From an uncultured virus (IMG/VR IMGVR_UViG_3300042515_002586) (Duplodnaviria; Heunggongvirae; Uroviricota; Caudoviricetes), in IMG/VR virus record IMGVR_UViG_3300042515_002586: 22,445 nt of DNA. The stretch is one strand, 5' to 3'. Of this stretch, positions 14,316-22,445 are shown one piece after another. The position numbers and the translations under genes were made by a program. Every line of letters begins with the position of its first letter. The stretch's first letter is position 1. The notes under the pieces were generated by a model, which was given only the letters and a program-made list of their open reading frames with translations, did no database searches and was not told the origin of the DNA.

Positions 14316-14804
14316 TTATTTTTTCCTTTTGTATTTTGGGATTGTTGGTACTTTATAATCATGGGGAAGAATAGTTACTCTAACTCTTCTTCTACCAAAC
14401 TTATAAGCCTCTGCTCTGTTAGACATGGCAATATCTATTTTATTGCCTTTAATCATGCCTCCAGTATCTAAAGCTGTAGCATATCCAGTATACCAAGGAC
14501 TTTGTATGTAAACCTTTGTATACAGGGGAATTACTCTAGGGTCCACTGCTATGACCCCTGGCTTTACAGCATGGCCTGTAGCAGTCTTAGGACCACCTTG
14601 AATGCCTGGTCCTGCATAATAAGCAGAAGCATTCATAACAAGAGTTTTATTTCTAGATAAACCTCTTGATGTTAAGTTACTGTAATATCTTGATGACTTT
14701 ACAGAACTTTCTTTTGTTGAAACCTTACTAGTAAGTAAGGTTGGATTGTTCCCTATAGTTGTTGAAATTGTTAACAACAGAAGGGAAAGTAAATATTGTA
14801 ACAT
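14316..14804 (-). CDS. 3D (Asp-Asp-Asp) domain protein, MltA/SPS-like lytic transglycosylase, secreted or anchored
   Basis: ASAY, TATG, GVIAVDPRVIPL, ALDTGGMIKGNKIDI and FGRR motifs; hydrophobic N-terminus; GGGAGG RBS. Confidence 0.92.
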   Translation of the reverse strand: MLQYLLSLLLLTISTTIGNNPTLLTSKVSTKESSVKSSRYYSNLTSRGLSRNKTLVMNASAYYAGPGIQGGPKTATGHAVKPGVIAVDPRVIPLYTKVYIQSPWYTGYATALDTGGMIKGNKIDIAMSNRAEAYKFGRRRVRVTILPHDYKVPTIPKYKRKK

Positions 14805-14860
14805 AAGTTACCTCCCATATATATTTTTTTTATTTAAAAATATTAGTGTAATAAATTTAC

Positions 14861-15037
14861 TTATTTTTTACCCGCATTAACTTTCTTACCACAAACTGTA
14901 CAAGTTTTAGGTGCTGATTCTGATTTTTGATCAGAAGAAGTATAAACTCTCTTACCTTTACCATAAATTCTGTCTTGGTATTGTGCTGAAAGTGTGTTTC
15001 CTGCTGCGTTACTTACGCAATTACATTGTATAATCAT
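14861..15037 (-). CDS. small zinc-ribbon-like protein (58 aa)
   Basis: Not in ORF track: MIIQCNCVSNAAGNTLSAQYQDRIYGKGKRVYTSSDQKSESAPKTCTVCGKKVNAGKK; CxC plus CTVC; AAGGA RBS. Confidence 0.8.
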   Translation of the reverse strand: MIIQCNCVSNAAGNTLSAQYQDRIYGKGKRVYTSSDQKSESAPKTCTVCGKKVNAGKK

Positions 15038-15068
15038 TTGTATTTCCTTTTAGTAGGGTGTTTTAAAT

Positions 15069-15254
15069 TTACCATATATCGTCGTCACTACTTTCTAATT
15101 TAGTAAGTGTTGTTGGATCAAGATCTATATTCGCCTTTGTACGACTCATACAGATAACTGTTCTAGGTTCATGATCATAAAAAGTTAGTGGTGTTACAAC
15201 ATGACCTTCAATTAACCCATCGGTGACATAATCACCACGTTTAAATTCTATCAT
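15069..15254 (-). CDS. hypothetical protein (possible SH3/KOW-like barrel)
   Basis: FKRGDYV...GHVV pattern. Confidence 0.6.
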   Translation of the reverse strand: MIEFKRGDYVTDGLIEGHVVTPLTFYDHEPRTVICMSRTKANIDLDPTTLTKLESSDDDIW

Positions 15255-15279
15255 AACTATCGAAATAAGTTCAAAAGTT

Positions 15280-15504
15280 TTAATTAAGTGTTTTTTTGAA
15301 CTCTAATATTCTTAAATTAACTAAAGATTTCCGCATATCTAAAATATCAACACCTTTTAAATATTCATTTAAAGGATGTTGAATTTCTTTGACTGTAGGG
15401 TTTATTCTTTTTAATCCATCTTTAATAGCTTCTTCTAATGATGTGTGGTAAAGATTAGACAATACCACATTATTAATAACCATTAAGTAAACATGTTCAA
15501 ACAT
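15280..15504 (-). CDS. hypothetical protein
   Basis: 74-aa ORF. Confidence 0.65.
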   Translation of the reverse strand: MFEHVYLMVINNVVLSNLYHTSLEEAIKDGLKRINPTVKEIQHPLNEYLKGVDILDMRKSLVNLRILEFKKTLN

Positions 15505-15505
15505 A

Positions 15506-15739
15506 TTAAGTTAGTGTATTTTCTTCTAAGAAAGGAAGCCCATTTGGAAAGAAATGGGTGGGTTCAAATTCTACTTCCCTAAAAGTACCCTTATAAACCC
15601 ACCTACCAGATTCTCCATCTTCACGGTACAACCAAGTAGCCCTGACAGTCTTCTTAGTATTAGTAATAACTTCTACCTTACCTTCAGTACTTGCATACTT
15701 AATATCAGCTATATATAATGGAAAAACTTCTGTAAGCAT
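15506..15739 (-). CDS. hypothetical protein
   Basis: 77-aa ORF ending ...GRWVY...EPTHFFP. Confidence 0.65.
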   Translation of the reverse strand: MLTEVFPLYIADIKYASTEGKVEVITNTKKTVRATWLYREDGESGRWVYKGTFREVEFEPTHFFPNGLPFLEENTLT

Positions 15740-15742
15740 ATT

Positions 15743-16306
15743 TTACTTATCAGTATCTACGTTTTGAGTAGTTTTTCTGAAAGACATAGGCTGATCAGAA
15801 ATGTGAATTTCTCCACCACCCCTGTAATGTTGATGGTAAACATCATTAGTATCAAACCAATAAAGATATTCTACTGATGACCCATAAGTACCATCATCTC
15901 CTGGTAATTGGTAAGAGTAATATGTTTTACCATTAATGGTCATTCTTTCAGGATATGTACCATTAACACTAGACCAATTAGAAACTAAATCACTTGGAAT
16001 TAATCTCTTTGAAGAACTTGTTACCTTGCCTTTAACAGTAGACTGAAATACAATATCTCCAGTGAAAGGAGAAATAATATATAGGTACTTAATAGAACCT
16101 GGTTTATTATCTCTTAATAGTCTTTCAGCAATGTTTCTTTGTTCTACAGTATTGCCATTTGCATCAGGTTTAACTTGTACTGTAGCAAGTTTAACTCCAG
16201 ATGCTGATTCAACAGTTTGATCTGATCGTAAACTATCACAACCAGTTAAACCCACAAATAGTAGTAAAAGAATGAAGAGATAAGAGAATTTGTTTAATGT
16301 TTTCAT
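15743..16306 (-). CDS. lipoprotein
   Basis: Basic N-terminus, hydrophobic core and lipobox LTG-C; GKVTS and DGTYGSS motifs. Confidence 0.8.
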   Translation of the reverse strand: MKTLNKFSYLFILLLLFVGLTGCDSLRSDQTVESASGVKLATVQVKPDANGNTVEQRNIAERLLRDNKPGSIKYLYIISPFTGDIVFQSTVKGKVTSSSKRLIPSDLVSNWSSVNGTYPERMTINGKTYYSYQLPGDDGTYGSSVEYLYWFDTNDVYHQHYRGGGEIHISDQPMSFRKTTQNVDTDK

Positions 16307-16329
16307 ATTAGTATTTTTGTGTAGTTGAA

Positions 16330-16773
16330 TTAGTTTTCAATATAAGCTGCTACTTCTCTTGGAAGAGGATCACTAGCACCTTTAGGTAGTTTACCTACAT
16401 TAGTAAAGTCATAATTTTCTTTAGCCATCATTGCATTATACTCAGCAGCTAAACCGTTATAACTTGCCTTTAAACCATCAAGTTCACTTGACCATTGTGC
16501 AAGAGTTAACCTATCTTCTCGATTCCAATCTTGTGGTTTAGTGTCTCCGTATGATTTATTCAAAGAATCAATTTTAGTCTTAAAAGCATTAAGACTTGCT
16601 TTCTTTGCTTCTAATGCAGCATACATTTCTTTAAAGGTTTCATACCTTGAAAGTAAAGTACTTGCTTTGGTTTCATTGAATACAGTTGATGATGCGTCTG
16701 AAACGTACCCACAACCTACTGTTAGAATTGATAGTGCTACAATAGCACCCATAATTGATGTTTTGTTATTCAT
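16330..16773 (-). CDS. coiled-coil lipoprotein
   Basis: Hydrophobic N-terminus with lipobox-like TVG-C; long heptad helices; AAGGA RBS. Confidence 0.75.
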   Translation of the reverse strand: MNNKTSIMGAIVALSILTVGCGYVSDASSTVFNETKASTLLSRYETFKEMYAALEAKKASLNAFKTKIDSLNKSYGDTKPQDWNREDRLTLAQWSSELDGLKASYNGLAAEYNAMMAKENYDFTNVGKLPKGASDPLPREVAAYIEN

Positions 16774-16798
16774 TGTATTTGTTTTCCTTCAAATTAAT

Positions 16799-16969
16799 TT
16801 AGTCAATGTATAAAATATCAGTAGAATTAATAACTAGATTAATAATACCCTGTTGTTTAAATGCGTGAAACTGAGTATTAGGATTAGTTACTAAAGCGTC
16901 TAGAATTTTATCAACTACGTCTTGTTCTATAACTAAAGTTGTACCATTTTTGAAATGTATTGTTCTCAT
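16799..16969 (-). CDS. small hypothetical protein (56 aa)
   Basis: Not in ORF track: MRTIHFKNGTTLVIEQDVVDKILDALVTNPNTQFHAFKQQGIINLVINSTDILYID. Confidence 0.7.
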   Translation of the reverse strand: MRTIHFKNGTTLVIEQDVVDKILDALVTNPNTQFHAFKQQGIINLVINSTDILYID

Positions 16970-16973
16970 AATG

Positions 16974-17336
16974 TTAAATTGGAATTAATTTATCCCCATC
17001 TTTATTTAATCTGTAACAAGGATTTAATTCTAAAATTTCTTTTCTCCATTCTTCCATATTTTTCTCACAACAACCATTACAACCAAACTCATCTGGATGC
17101 CATTTAGATTCACAATGTTGACATTTAATTATATATCTAACTTCTAATGTTGGGTTTTCAACATAGTATGGTAAATCTACATGTCTTCTTACTTGTGCAG
17201 CAAAGTCATCAAAATACCTGGAAACTTCTTGTTGAGATGGTGGTTTTTTATGGGGCCAAGTTATATCTAACTTGATAAAAGCATCCTCAATTTCGCTCCT
17301 AAATTTAGGTTTTGGAATATTAATTTGTTCACTCAT
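16974..17336 (-). CDS. hypothetical protein with CxxC...CxxCC metal-binding motif
   Basis: CQHC and CNGCC. Confidence 0.7.
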   Translation of the reverse strand: MSEQINIPKPKFRSEIEDAFIKLDITWPHKKPPSQQEVSRYFDDFAAQVRRHVDLPYYVENPTLEVRYIIKCQHCESKWHPDEFGCNGCCEKNMEEWRKEILELNPCYRLNKDGDKLIPI

Positions 17337-17466
17337 ATTTCTTTCCTGTTATTCGTTCAACAGCTTTTTTAAATGCTTCTTGTTTAGTAAGTGACCATTG
17401 GTTTACTCTCTTATTAGAATTTCTAATATATTGTTCTCTTCGTTGTTTTGCGCTTAGTAGTTCCAC
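17329..17466 (-). CDS. small basic hypothetical protein (45 aa, GTG start)
   Basis: Hand translation MELLSAKQRREQYIRNSNKRVNQWSLTKQEAFKKAVERITGKKYE with GGGAG RBS; fills the gap between neighbours. Confidence 0.6.
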   Translation of the reverse strand: MELLSAKQRREQYIRNSNKRVNQWSLTKQEAFKKAVERITGKKYE

Positions 17467-17669
17467 GTGTTTCTCCCGTAGCCTGATCCTAGTTTAGAGT
17501 TCTGCAACTCGGTAATCTTGGCTTTGAGGACAGCAGTTTCTTTTTTGTAATCTTCAATATTATCAATAAGAACTGTAACCATTTTTGCAGCTGGTCTGTC
17601 CATAAACTGATAGCAATCCTTTTTTAGCGTTGCAAGGTCTTCGTCTGACATTCTTAAATATTGGCTCAT
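17454..17669 (-). CDS. hypothetical protein (coiled coil)
   Basis: 71-aa ORF with GAGGT RBS. Confidence 0.7.
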   Translation of the reverse strand: MSQYLRMSDEDLATLKKDCYQFMDRPAAKMVTVLIDNIEDYKKETAVLKAKITELQNSKLGSGYGRNTWNY

Positions 17670-17670
17670 T

Positions 17671-17886
17671 TTATATTTTCTTTACCTCATCCCAAGTTTT
17701 AGGACTACCAACTTTCTTTTGAATTCTTGCCATTTCTTTTGCTGATAATCCTGAGTAAATACTTTCTGCAAATAAAGGATCTTCCATTTCTTTTCTAAAT
17801 GAATTCCCTAAAAACAAATATTTTCTGAATCGTTTAGCTATAAATCTTAAAATATTAAATGTAAGTTTATTTAGTAATTTCTTCAT
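17671..17886 (-). CDS. hypothetical protein
   Basis: 71-aa ORF, TAATG-coupled. Confidence 0.65.
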   Translation of the reverse strand: MKKLLNKLTFNILRFIAKRFRKYLFLGNSFRKEMEDPLFAESIYSGLSAKEMARIQKKVGSPKTWDEVKKI

Positions 17887-18260
17887 TAATGACTTATTTT
17901 AATATAAAGTTGATCATCATCAAAACGACGAGAAGAAATATCATACATTAAACAATTATTGTATAAAAATTTAAAAGTACCTGAACTGATTTTAATAGTT
18001 GAGTTGCGATCATTAATCATTGCAAATGTTCCTTCTTCTTTTTTTAAATCACTAAATGTATAAAGTTTCTTTTGTTTAAATGGTTGAAAACCAAGAACTT
18101 CAAAAATAGCTGGATGACCAAAAACATCAGATTCTATAGCAACATTTTGAGTTTTTTCTATCCAAGATACTTTAATTATTTTGTCAGTAGAATTACTTAC
18201 AAATTCAACTTCTGGCCACCTACATAAAATCAAATCTTCTATTGTTATTTTTTTACTCAT
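17886..18260 (-). CDS. hypothetical protein, paralog of 18465..19070
   Basis: Shared IxxExLxxCxW, LGFxP[FY], YTF and IKI motifs. Confidence 0.7.
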   Translation of the reverse strand: MSKKITIEDLILCRWPEVEFVSNSTDKIIKVSWIEKTQNVAIESDVFGHPAIFEVLGFQPFKQKKLYTFSDLKKEEGTFAMINDRNSTIKISSGTFKFLYNNCLMYDISSRRFDDDQLYIKISH

Positions 18261-18460
18261 TATTGTAACTTACCCCAAGCTTCGGCATCTTCGTAAGTAC
18301 GATGCACATTATCTTCCCAGTAATTATAAACATCATGAATATCTGTGTTCCAAATTCTTTCTGCAACGACAGCCTTAAACAGCTTTTTAAATATCCATAT
18401 CTTAGGTTGATACCAATAAAAATAGGTATCACCGTCTTTTGGTTTCCATTGTTTATTCAT
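18260..18460 (-). CDS. phage hypothetical protein (WKPKxGDTY...NVHRTYEDAE)
   Basis: Start moved from 18556 to 18460 (MNKQWKPK) to remove a 92-nt overlap with the upstream gene. Confidence 0.7.
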   Translation of the reverse strand: MNKQWKPKDGDTYFYWYQPKIWIFKKLFKAVVAERIWNTDIHDVYNYWEDNVHRTYEDAEAWGKLQ

Positions 18461-18464
18461 GTCT

Positions 18465-19070
18465 TTACCACTCTCTGAATTTTTTAGGTTTACCTTCCCA
18501 ATCGTAATATCTAGCAAGTCTACGTTTCTCTTCTCGGTGTAAAACACCTTTTTCATCCTCTAAAACAGCCCAACCATCATAAATATAAATGAATGTATGT
18601 ACTGAATTAATATCATTTATTAACTTAGTTCCTGATACAAGTTGATCTGCAAGATCAGAAGCCCAAGGTAAATCTGTAGAAGGTCTATTTTCTTTTATCT
18701 TAATAAAAGATTGAGACATAAATGAAACTAACTTTGGAGAAGGAGAACCCAAGAAATTAACATGAAGATTATCATTAACTCTAAATTGAGTATTAAGTAA
18801 CCTAGAAAACTTTTCAATATAAAGTCCTGGTTCCTGTATTGCCTCAAAAAAAGTATAAGTTTTTAGTTCCTTTTTACGATACGGAACAAATCCAAGATCT
18901 TTAAATGTAAGTAAATGATATGCATAAGTTCTCTTGTTGTCAATATAAACATCAAATATATCTTGACTTGAACTAGTACGACGTAATTCTATAAGTTTAC
19001 CTCTAGGATCATAAGTATGTGTTGCCTGATCCCAATTACAGATTTCTAACTCTTCTAATTCAATACTCAT
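18465..19070 (-). CDS. hypothetical protein, paralog of 17886..18260 with C-terminal extension
   Basis: 201-aa ORF with GGAG RBS and ATGA overlap. Confidence 0.75.
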   Translation of the reverse strand: MSIELEELEICNWDQATHTYDPRGKLIELRRTSSSQDIFDVYIDNKRTYAYHLLTFKDLGFVPYRKKELKTYTFFEAIQEPGLYIEKFSRLLNTQFRVNDNLHVNFLGSPSPKLVSFMSQSFIKIKENRPSTDLPWASDLADQLVSGTKLINDINSVHTFIYIYDGWAVLEDEKGVLHREEKRRLARYYDWEGKPKKFREW

Positions 19071-19759
19071 TTTATTAACTCCAAAAATTCTTTAGCCCAT
19101 TTAACAGTAATTCTTACAATAGCTGAATTTTCAGGTGTATCACCTGGTTTAATTGATAAGAACCACCTTTCAATGGGACGATTACTATCAGGTTTTATTA
19201 AACAAGTTATTGAAGGATTTAGTTTATTAAGTGTACCAACTAAACAACAACACTCTCCAGAATAAACGTAACCATTAATTTTACCAGTCTGCAATGCAAT
19301 TATTAAACCAGGAACCTCATTTTTGGAATGTAAAAGAACGTTCCAAAAATCATCTCTAATATTATTTAAACTTTCTTTTATATCTGTATTATCTAATTTT
19401 ATTCTAAGTAAACAAGCGTTAGATAATTTTACTCCATCTAAATTTAAAATATTAGACAAATTTGCATCAGATAAATCTGAATCATGAAAATCTGTATTTT
19501 TTAAAATAGTTTGAGATAAGTTTGTAAAAGAAAAATTACAATCATAAAAATTTGATTCAGATAAGTTTGCTCCAGATAAATCAGTATGGTAAAAATCTCC
19601 AGATTTTAATCTCATATTTCGTAAACCAAGTCCAGTTAAATTTGCAAAACCTAGATTTACATTATCATTAATAGCTTGAGTAACAAGATCTCTTGCTGGG
19701 ATCTCTTTTTTAACTGAATAAATAACATTTTTAGTATATCTATGTCTAATTTCAATCAT
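19067..19759 (-). CDS. pentapeptide repeat protein (phage type)
   Basis: [ATS][DN][LF]xx repeats (ANLTG, TDLSG, ANLSE, SNFYD, TNLSQ, SDLSD, ANLSN), MIEIRHRYT N-cap, C-terminal domain with GECCCLVGT and PIERWF. Confidence 0.9.
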   Translation of the reverse strand: MIEIRHRYTKNVIYSVKKEIPARDLVTQAINDNVNLGFANLTGLGLRNMRLKSGDFYHTDLSGANLSESNFYDCNFSFTNLSQTILKNTDFHDSDLSDANLSNILNLDGVKLSNACLLRIKLDNTDIKESLNNIRDDFWNVLLHSKNEVPGLIIALQTGKINGYVYSGECCCLVGTLNKLNPSITCLIKPDSNRPIERWFLSIKPGDTPENSAIVRITVKWAKEFLELIK

Positions 19760-20210
19760 TTTCTTTACCTTCAGTATTATATACTTCTACTAATGCTTTT
19801 CTATATTCAGAAACTAATTTAACTTCTTCAGCATCTAATTTGTATAATTTACTAGTTTCTCTTGGTCCATGTAATCTATAAAATCTTGGATCTTCTTTTT
19901 TAATTTGATCCCAATTTCTGGTACCAACTTTATGATGCTCACTTATATAATTAGTATCATAAATGGTAATACCCTGAACTCCAACATTATTCGTATAATA
20001 TAACCTACCACCATCTCCACTGTATTTCCATAATTCATTTTTTCCTAGTTTATTATCTTCAAAACCATATTTAGTTGGACTTGATTCCCATCTTACTTGT
20101 ATAAAATCATGAATTATTTTTTTAAATTTAAAATTTTCATTTAATAATCTAAAACATAAAATACCTGCTATAATATTAAAAGTTGCTTGAATTGCGATAA
20201 TTTGTTCCAT
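19752..20210 (-). CDS. hypothetical protein with N-terminal hydrophobic segment
   Basis: 152-aa ORF, TAATG-coupled to the radical SAM gene. Confidence 0.7.
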   Translation of the reverse strand: MEQIIAIQATFNIIAGILCFRLLNENFKFKKIIHDFIQVRWESSPTKYGFEDNKLGKNELWKYSGDGGRLYYTNNVGVQGITIYDTNYISEHHKVGTRNWDQIKKEDPRFYRLHGPRETSKLYKLDAEEVKLVSEYRKALVEVYNTEGKEND

Positions 20211-21145
20211 TAAAAAATATACCTTATTTTACAGTATGGTAAGTATGTAGCTAAATGAGTTCTAAAGTCTTCAATTGCTTTTTTCTTTATAGTTAAAGCT
20301 TTGTATCTAACTACACTAGAATCACCTCTTTGAGTAGTTTTTAATTCCTGTACATTTGGATTCCATAAGTATGGTTCTGCTTTTGCATTCCAAGTTAAAT
20401 TAGAATTATGTAATTTTTCACTATGAGTTAAAAAAATACACTCACATTTTAATTGTTCTTTTACTTCTGGAAGAAGTATTGAGTCAATTAATTTAAATAG
20501 TTCTTTATAATCTTGTAACCATGCCTTTGTTAAGATAATAGGAGAAAAGTTAATATGGACTTCATAACCTTTAAGATACATAGAATTTAAATTTCTAATT
20601 CTACTCTCAATAGGAGAAGTACCAACTTCTACTATTGTAGAAATTCTTTGAGGCATTAATGATGCTCTAACTCTAGCTCTTCTTGGTTTACCTTTTTCAT
20701 TATATTGATTAACATCAATTAATTTAGTTGAGTTAGAAATTTTAGTAGCAAAGCTTGGTTTAACATTACTACCACGCATAAAAGCTTCAATAAAAATATT
20801 AGTTGTATTTATGTTTCTAGGTAATAATGCATCAGTATTTTCTGCTATATCATATGTCCAGTAGTACGGATCACATTGATTAGGTTCTTTCTTTAAAGGT
20901 AATTTCTTAAAATGCTTTTCAGTTTCCTTCCAAATAGTCCTTAAATTAGTATATTGCTCAATAGGATTACCCATAGCTCTATGTCTAGCCACAAAGCAGT
21001 AGGAACAGCTTAAATCGCATCCTGTAGCAAAACCAGGCATAATAAAATCAGTTGACCTACCATTGTCTAAAACATTAAAAGTCTTCCGCTCTTTTAAAAC
21101 TCTAGCCTGTTTTGCATTTTTGTATGCTTTAATATCAACTAACAT
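20210..21145 (-). CDS. splB: spore photoproduct lyase family radical SAM protein (TIGR03886-like)
   Basis: CxxxCxxC (CDLSCSYC), NGRSTDFI, PNQCDP, SFATK, EVGTSPIESRI and GYEVHINFSPII are collinear with SplB motifs recalled from B. subtilis (FVTK, EPGTSPLDKRI, GYPLGFIVAPI). Confidence 0.88.
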   Translation of the reverse strand: MLVDIKAYKNAKQARVLKERKTFNVLDNGRSTDFIMPGFATGCDLSCSYCFVARHRAMGNPIEQYTNLRTIWKETEKHFKKLPLKKEPNQCDPYYWTYDIAENTDALLPRNINTTNIFIEAFMRGSNVKPSFATKISNSTKLIDVNQYNEKGKPRRARVRASLMPQRISTIVEVGTSPIESRIRNLNSMYLKGYEVHINFSPIILTKAWLQDYKELFKLIDSILLPEVKEQLKCECIFLTHSEKLHNSNLTWNAKAEPYLWNPNVQELKTTQRGDSSVVRYKALTIKKKAIEDFRTHLATYLPYCKIRYIF

Positions 21146-21168
21146 AATAAAAACCCACTATTTAACTT

Positions 21169-22089
21169 TTAAATAATTTCCTTAATTTCATCTAGTGAGT
21201 TCAATAAAACTTTAGTATTATTATGTAATTCTAAGTTAGATTCCATACTTGAGTAAGACTTTTGTTCAATAGCTTTTACTTGTTGATTAATATTTTGAAT
21301 ATAAACTTCAGTTTCAGCTACAAAATCTGCTGCAAGTAGTAAGTTCTTAAAATCAATTGATGCTTTAAGTTCATTTAAGTCTGTATTAATTCCACTTTCA
21401 AACTCTTGTTTTTTAGCTAAAATATCATTCTTTATTTTAGTTAATTGTTGCCGTTGAACTTTAAGCTTATCCGTAATTTTTAAAGTTAATTCATGGTCAT
21501 TAAATTGGGTGTAACTTAGTGAATGTAATATTTTATCAATTTTTTGTAATTTTAAGTCAATATCTGAAATTAAATTTGAATACTTTTCATTAGTATAAAG
21601 CTTATAAATTTTGATTTTAGCTTCAGAATCATTAGAATAAAAAACTTTATTTTGTTGTTTAAAGTAAAAACTTTGAATTATAAGTCTTCTTATTATAGCA
21701 AATAAATAAGGTACATTTACAGGAAATAAAACAAAAGTAGTATAGCTTTCTCTTCTATAATCAATTTCATGGGTATAGTTATATACTAATTGTATTATAG
21801 GCCAAGAAATAAAACCAAAACAAGATAATCCAAAAAGTATATGACAAACAAAAGGTAAATTTGCTATAGCTGAACGATCAAAAAGAAACCATCCTATATA
21901 AGGAACACACAAAAAAACAAGATTAAGAAGAGAAACCCCTTCGGCAATTTCACAAGCATCTTTATTAAATTTTGTAGTATCTAATTTATCATTAAATGTT
22001 TCAATTTTGTTTCCATTTGTAATTAATTTAAAAAAAGTATCTTTTAAATAATTGAATTTTTGCTGTTTTTTGTATCTTTTTATATTCAT
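21169..22089 (-). CDS. membrane protein (about 3 TM) with C-terminal coiled coil
   Basis: Hydrophobic segments at about aa 52-70, 77-103 and 118-134, then a long heptad-rich tail. Confidence 0.75.
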   Translation of the reverse strand: MNIKRYKKQQKFNYLKDTFFKLITNGNKIETFNDKLDTTKFNKDACEIAEGVSLLNLVFLCVPYIGWFLFDRSAIANLPFVCHILFGLSCFGFISWPIIQLVYNYTHEIDYRRESYTTFVLFPVNVPYLFAIIRRLIIQSFYFKQQNKVFYSNDSEAKIKIYKLYTNEKYSNLISDIDLKLQKIDKILHSLSYTQFNDHELTLKITDKLKVQRQQLTKIKNDILAKKQEFESGINTDLNELKASIDFKNLLLAADFVAETEVYIQNINQQVKAIEQKSYSSMESNLELHNNTKVLLNSLDEIKEII

Positions 22090-22115
22090 GATGTTTTGGT
22101 TAAAAAGTTATTAAA

Positions 22116-22280
22116 TTACTTTACTTTTTCCTCTAGTTTTTTAACTCTAGCTTTAAGTTCATTTATTTCTTTTACGTGAGATATTCTTAAATCAGCAACC
22201 CACTTAGCTACTTCTATAACTCTATCTCCTAAATGTTCAATACTATTAGCCAGTTCTTCTAATAATCGTATAGTTGTCAT
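22116..22280 (-). CDS. small coiled-coil protein (54 aa)
   Basis: Not in ORF track: MTTIRLLEELANSIEHLGDRVIEVAKWVADLRISHVKEINELKARVKKLEEKVK. Confidence 0.7.
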   Translation of the reverse strand: MTTIRLLEELANSIEHLGDRVIEVAKWVADLRISHVKEINELKARVKKLEEKVK

Positions 22281-22445
22281 TTTATTATCCCAAGAAGTCT
22301 AAATAATACAGAAATAATAAAACTGATTATCATCCAAACTCCTAAAGTGTTTAATAAAGTTGGTTCAATTGTTGTTAATTTATAAAAAATTAAAGACTTA
22401 ATTAAAATCCAAGATAAAAAAACTCCTGACATGTTTACAATTAAT
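22277..22445 (-). CDS. membrane protein, probably partial (open to window end)
   Basis: ...LIVNMSGVFLSWILIKSLIFYKLTTIEPTLLNTLGVWMIISFIISVLFRLLGIIK; ATGA overlap with the next gene. Confidence 0.6.
   Translation of the reverse strand, partial: LIVNMSGVFLSWILIKSLIFYKLTTIEPTLLNTLGVWMIISFIISVLFRLLGIIK

Noticed and set aside
16541..16813. Plus-strand 90-aa ORF
   Set aside because: Antisense shadow of the coiled-coil lipoprotein gene.
18181..18378. Plus-strand 65-aa ORF
   Set aside because: Antisense to two coupled minus-strand genes.
18461..18556. N-terminal extension of ORF 18260..18556, and likewise the track starts at 6281, 10021, 10310 and 12013
   Set aside because: These create longer overlaps with the upstream genes; downstream ATGs give stop/start coupling or family-consensus N-termini.

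Overview
Very AT-rich (about a quarter G+C by eye), densely packed block of about 70 mostly short genes, all on the minus strand and often joined by ATGA/TAATG overlaps. It reads as the accessory (early/middle) region of a large tailed phage, although no virion or replication hallmark gene is in the window. Recognisable products are a spore-photoproduct-lyase-family radical SAM enzyme, a pentapeptide-repeat protein, a 3D-domain cell-wall protein, an XRE-type HTH protein, a lipoprotein pair, a CBU_0592-like membrane protein, an AT-hook protein, a probable outer-membrane beta-barrel protein and small Cys/Zn proteins. The standout feature is a family of about 29-30 tiny (51-119 aa), aromatic-rich, highly divergent paralogs in two tandem arrays: 8 genes at 4941-6445, 21 at 9005-13636, plus a possible outlier at 8505-8696. 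They share only an N-terminal M-[KI]-F and a C-terminal Y-[NC]-[KI]-L-T-x-E motif. Six members are missing from the ORF track and were translated by hand. Synonymous codon changes show the motif is conserved as protein. The large array lies directly behind a structured non-coding segment and a GAAA-tetraloop terminator. No rRNA, tRNA, CRISPR array or transposase was seen.
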